Source: Clostridia bacterium
GTDB lineage: Bacteria; Bacillota; Clostridia; SK-Y3
Assembly: GCA_007117465.1 (NCBI GenBank)
Contig: SKGK01000053.1
Coordinates: 20,740 to 84,739 of the forward strand
DNA length: 64,000 nucleotides
Direction: 5' to 3'
The notes beneath the pieces are model-generated. The model ran no database searches, was not told the origin of the DNA, and worked only from the letters and a program-made list of their open reading frames with translations. The position numbers and the translations under genes were made by a program. Shown here piece after piece: positions 60,930 through 64,000 of this stretch (positions are counted from its first letter, which is position 1; each line of letters starts with the position of its first letter).

Positions 60930-62189
60930 ATGTATAAATCTAGAACGTTAACAAATGGTATTCGGATTGTCACAGAATATATACCCCATGTTCGTTCCGT
61001 TACCTTGGGAGTATGGATACATACAGGTTCTCGTAATGAGACTAAAGATAATAGTGGGATTTCCCACTTTATTGAGCACATGCTTTTTAAAGGAACAAAA
61101 AATCGGACAGCGAAACAAATTGCAGAAAGAATTGATGAAGTGGGGGGACATTTAAATGCGTTTACTGGCAAAGAATATACGTGTTACTATACCAAAACAT
61201 TAGACACGCATCTACATTTTGCTGTTGAGATATTAGCAGATATGTTACTTCAATCAAACGTTGACTCAAAAGATATAGATATAGAAAAAAATGTAATATT
61301 AGAAGAGATAAATATGTATGAAGATGCACCGGAAGAACTAGTGCATGATATCTTTTCTGAAACGACGTGGGCAGGGGACTCGTTAGCATACCCTATATTA
61401 GGAACAAAGTCATCGCTAGAGAAGATAGACAGGCGTGAAATTCTACAGTATATGAACCACCATTATACCCCTGCGAACATCGTCATTTCCGTTGCTGGTA
61501 ATTTTGACTTTGATACGGTGGTAAACTGGATTGACGAAAAATTTGGATATTTAAACGCGAAGCAATATAAAAAAAGTGAATATCAGGACATCGATTTTAA
61601 TACAAAGATTTCATATAAAAATAAAGATATAGAGCAAACACATTTATGTATGGGTTTTGATGGAATAGTGCAAGGCGATGATAAGATTTATGAGTTACTG
61701 GTGATAAACACCTTGCTTGGCGGGGGTATGAGCTCAAGGTTATTTCAGAAAATACGAGAAGAAAGAGGGCTTGCATATTCAGTGTATTCGTATCCTGCTT
61801 CCTATAAAAAAGCAGGTCTATTTGCTATCTATGCTGGTATGAATCCTTCTCAAATGCCCGAAGTCATAAAGCTTATCTGTGAAGAAATCATGATGCTTAA
61901 ACAAGATAAAATTACTGAAAAAGAGCTAAAAAAAGCGAAAGAACAATTAAAAGGGAATTATATTCTTGGTTTAGAAAGCACAAGCAGTCGCATGAACAGT
62001 ATTGGTAAATCAGCGTTATTACTTAACAAGATAAGGACACCCGATGAAATTGTGGATATGATTAATGCCATTACGATACATTCTGTGTCTGATGTTATTG
62101 ATAAGGTGTTTGACACTAAAAAGGTAAGTGCTGCTGTGGTAGGGGCAATACAAAAGGACATGGATATAAAAAAATGGATTTGTTTTTAA
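60930..62189 (+). CDS. M16-family zinc peptidase (YmxG/MlpA-like)
   Basis: Inverted zinc motif HxxEH (GISHFIEHMLFKGT) and pitrilysin-type two-domain length. Lies between pnp and dpaA, as mlpA does in B. subtilis. Confidence 0.87.
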   Translation: MYKSRTLTNGIRIVTEYIPHVRSVTLGVWIHTGSRNETKDNSGISHFIEHMLFKGTKNRTAKQIAERIDEVGGHLNAFTGKEYTCYYTKTLDTHLHFAVEILADMLLQSNVDSKDIDIEKNVILEEINMYEDAPEELVHDIFSETTWAGDSLAYPILGTKSSLEKIDRREILQYMNHHYTPANIVISVAGNFDFDTVVNWIDEKFGYLNAKQYKKSEYQDIDFNTKISYKNKDIEQTHLCMGFDGIVQGDDKIYELLVINTLLGGGMSSRLFQKIREERGLAYSVYSYPASYKKAGLFAIYAGMNPSQMPEVIKLICEEIMMLKQDKITEKELKKAKEQLKGNYILGLESTSSRMNSIGKSALLLNKIRTPDEIVDMINAITIHSVSDVIDKVFDTKKVSAAVVGAIQKDMDIKKWICF

Positions 62190-62210
62190 TGTAAAAAAAA
62201 TATAAGATGT

Positions 62211-62247
62211 AAAAGGTTGTCAAGGAATTTGGTGACAGCCTTTTTTT
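62211..62247 (+). terminator. Rho-independent terminator after the M16 peptidase gene
   Basis: AAAAGGTTGTCA (62211-62222) pairs with TGACAGCCTTTT (62233-62244) with one G.U pair, followed by a T7 run. Confidence 0.8.
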
Positions 62248-62262
62248 AATGCAAAAACATGC

Positions 62263-62290
62263 ACTATTAAGTTATTATGTTCATACGATA
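62263..62290 (+). promoter_or_regulatory. Candidate sigma-K-type sporulation promoter for dpaA-dpaB (AC-N17-CATACGATA)
   Basis: CATAcgaTA at 62282-62290 matches the B. subtilis sigma-K -10 consensus CATA---TA. AC at 62263-62264 lies 17 nt upstream. Confidence 0.4.
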
Positions 62291-62338
62291 TAGTATAGTT
62301 TTTAGTTTTTGAGTTAGCATAAATGCGGAGGTGAATGT

Positions 62339-63214
62339 ATGCGCAATAAAAGAAGTTTTGCTGTTATAGGCGGAGATTTAAGACAAGTAAAACTAATAAA
62401 AAGTTTAGTAGTAGATGGATACCATGTGAGTGTTTTAGGATTTAATAATGTAGAAATAGGAATTGAAGTCTCTAATGGGCAAACAATAGAAGAGGCAGTA
62501 CAAGATGTAGATTATATTATAGCACCACTACCTTGTACAGTAGATGATACAACAGTAAATGCACCTTTTTGCGATGAGCCTATCTGCTATAAAGAGCTGT
62601 TTAAGTGTATATCAGATAAACAATTGCTCATTGGTGGAAAAATAAGTGAAAAAATAATGAATCTAGCGAAGATATATAATGTTTTTCCCATTGATTACTT
62701 TGATAGAGAAGAGCTAATCGTATTAAATACCATTCCTACTGCAGAAGGTGCAATTCAAATTGCGATGGAAGAGTTGCCCATTACACTACATAATAGTCGA
62801 TGTCTCGTCTTAGGGTTTGGTAGGATTGGCAAAGTGTTATCAAAAATGTTAGCAGGCATTGGTGCAAAAGTTACAGTTGAAGCAAGGAAACACAGTGATA
62901 TTGCATGGGTGAAAAGTTATGGATATCAAGGGATTTATCTTTATGAGATAGGGAATTATATTGGCAAATTTGACATTATATTTAATACCATTCCCAAAGT
63001 TATGCTAGACCAGCAGACACTTAGTAAGATCTCAAAAGAATGTTTGGTCATTGACTTAGCATCAAAGCCAGGAGGCGTAGATTTTGAGATGGCTAGAAAT
63101 CTGGGCGTAAAAGCGATTTGGGCATTATCTTTGCCAGGAAAAGTGGCTTCGGACACAGCAGGAGAGATTATTAAAGATACTATTTTAAATATGATTGAGG
63201 AGTTGGGGGTATAA
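62339..63214 (+). CDS. dpaA: Dipicolinate synthase subunit A
   Basis: DpaA/SpoVFA-like sequence with a Rossmann motif (VLGFGRIGKVLSKMLAGIGAKV). Paired with dpaB. Confidence 0.87.
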   Translation: MRNKRSFAVIGGDLRQVKLIKSLVVDGYHVSVLGFNNVEIGIEVSNGQTIEEAVQDVDYIIAPLPCTVDDTTVNAPFCDEPICYKELFKCISDKQLLIGGKISEKIMNLAKIYNVFPIDYFDREELIVLNTIPTAEGAIQIAMEELPITLHNSRCLVLGFGRIGKVLSKMLAGIGAKVTVEARKHSDIAWVKSYGYQGIYLYEIGNYIGKFDIIFNTIPKVMLDQQTLSKISKECLVIDLASKPGGVDFEMARNLGVKAIWALSLPGKVASDTAGEIIKDTILNMIEELGV

Positions 63215-63216
63215 AA

Positions 63217-63807
63217 ATGAATTTAGAAGGATTGACAGTTGGTTTTGCTGTGACGGGTTCTTTTTGCACATTGAAAAGTGTGATGCCAGAAGTAGCGAAG
63301 CTTGTCAAAAGAGGCGTAACGGTTATTCCGATTATGTCTGAAAATGCGCAGACCATTGATACACGCTTTGGAAAGGCGGCTGATTTTATCAACGAATTAG
63401 AAACTATTACGCAGCATAAAATTATTCATAATATCGATACTGCTGAACCGATAGGACCTAAAAAATTATTAGATGCACTGATTATTGCTCCTTGCACAGG
63501 TAACACACTTAGTAAGATTGCGGGGGGGATTACAGATACATGCGTTACAATGGCTACAAAAGCACATCTAAGAAATCAAGGTCCGCTTATTTTAGGCATC
63601 GCAACAAATGATGGGTTAGGATTAAATGCTAAAAATATTGGTGTAATAGTAAGTACAAAAAATATTTATATGGTTCCGTTTAGACAAGACGATCCATATA
63701 AAAAACAAAACTCTATTGTATCTAAAATGGATTTAATTATACCAACATTAGAACAAGGATTAGCGGGAAAGCAGTATCAGCCTATGGTATTAGGAAGTAA
63801 TGAGTAA
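63217..63807 (+). CDS. dpaB: Dipicolinate synthase subunit B (flavoprotein family)
   Basis: DpaB/SpoVFB-like flavoprotein fold (VGFAVTGSFCT..., IAPCTGNTLSKIAGGITDT). Confidence 0.9.
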   Translation: MNLEGLTVGFAVTGSFCTLKSVMPEVAKLVKRGVTVIPIMSENAQTIDTRFGKAADFINELETITQHKIIHNIDTAEPIGPKKLLDALIIAPCTGNTLSKIAGGITDTCVTMATKAHLRNQGPLILGIATNDGLGLNAKNIGVIVSTKNIYMVPFRQDDPYKKQNSIVSKMDLIIPTLEQGLAGKQYQPMVLGSNE

Positions 63808-63813
63808 AAATTC

Positions 63814-63853
63814 AAAAAAAGAGAATAACATTGTGAAGGTTATTCTCTTTTTT
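63814..63853 (+). terminator. Bidirectional-looking Rho-independent terminator after dpaB
   Basis: 12-bp stem AAAGAGAATAAC (63818-63829) pairs with GTTATTCTCTTT (63839-63850). An A-run lies upstream and a T-run downstream. Confidence 0.85.
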
Positions 63854-64000
63854 GCATCAATGATGTAGGGATTTCATATTGAATGGCTTCAATGACAACA
63901 TCATTTTCTTGAGATAAATCCATAATGGTTTCTGTTTGGCTCATATTGATAAGCTTTACCTTTGGTCTTAGCGAAAGCTGGGGATGGTTACTGACTACTG

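Noticed and set aside
63840-64000. Minus-strand frame open from the window edge to a TAA at 63840-63842 (...LINMSQTETIMDLSQENDVVIEAIQYEIPTSLMQKRE*). It suggests a convergent gene sharing the dpaB terminator.
   Set aside because: Only about 52 codons are visible and no family is recognisable. It cannot be told apart from a chance open frame. It is plausible but unsupported from this window alone.

Overview
This is an AT-rich chromosome segment of a motile, spore-forming Firmicute, and the gene content looks Clostridia-like. All 67 genes I can support lie on the + strand, many with overlapping or near-abutting stop and start codons.

The window has three blocks:
1. The 3' end of topA plus trmFO (1-2839).
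2. A fla/che motility super-operon of about 34 kb (3050-36810). Gene order: flgB-flgC-fliE-fliF-fliG-fliH-fliI-fliJ-ylxF-like-fliK-flgD-(flagellar operon protein)-flgE-flbD-motA-motB-fliL-fliM-fliY-cheY-fliO/Z-fliP-fliQ-fliR-flhB-flhA-flhF-flhG-PilZ-cheB-cheA-cheW-cheC-cheD-(membrane protein)-sigD-DUF342-(two uncharacterised genes).
3. A housekeeping block of about 27 kb (36830-63853):
- rpsB-tsf-pyrH-frr-(small ORF)-uppS-cdsA-dxr-rseP-ispG-GT2-polC
- rimP-nusA-ylxR-ylxQ-infB-rbfA-nrnA-truB-ribF
- rpsO, pnp, an M16 peptidase, and dpaA-dpaB

The order is largely syntenic with the Bacillus subtilis sigD-rpsB...pnpA-spoVF region. I see no tRNA or rRNA genes, CRISPR arrays, transposases, integrases, prophage genes or defence-like genes.

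I do not find a convincing novel multi-gene system here; this is core, conserved DNA. Four leads are worth a second look:
- A short sequence box recurs in five operon-internal intercistronic gaps.
- Four poorly characterised genes flank sigD, including a membrane-anchored protein with a C-terminal HTH in the position of SwrB.
- The leader regions upstream of rimP-nusA and pnp are structured.
- A PilZ gene sits between flhG and cheB.

Several ORF-track starts are N-terminal over-extensions. I corrected them from RBS placement and conserved N-termini.
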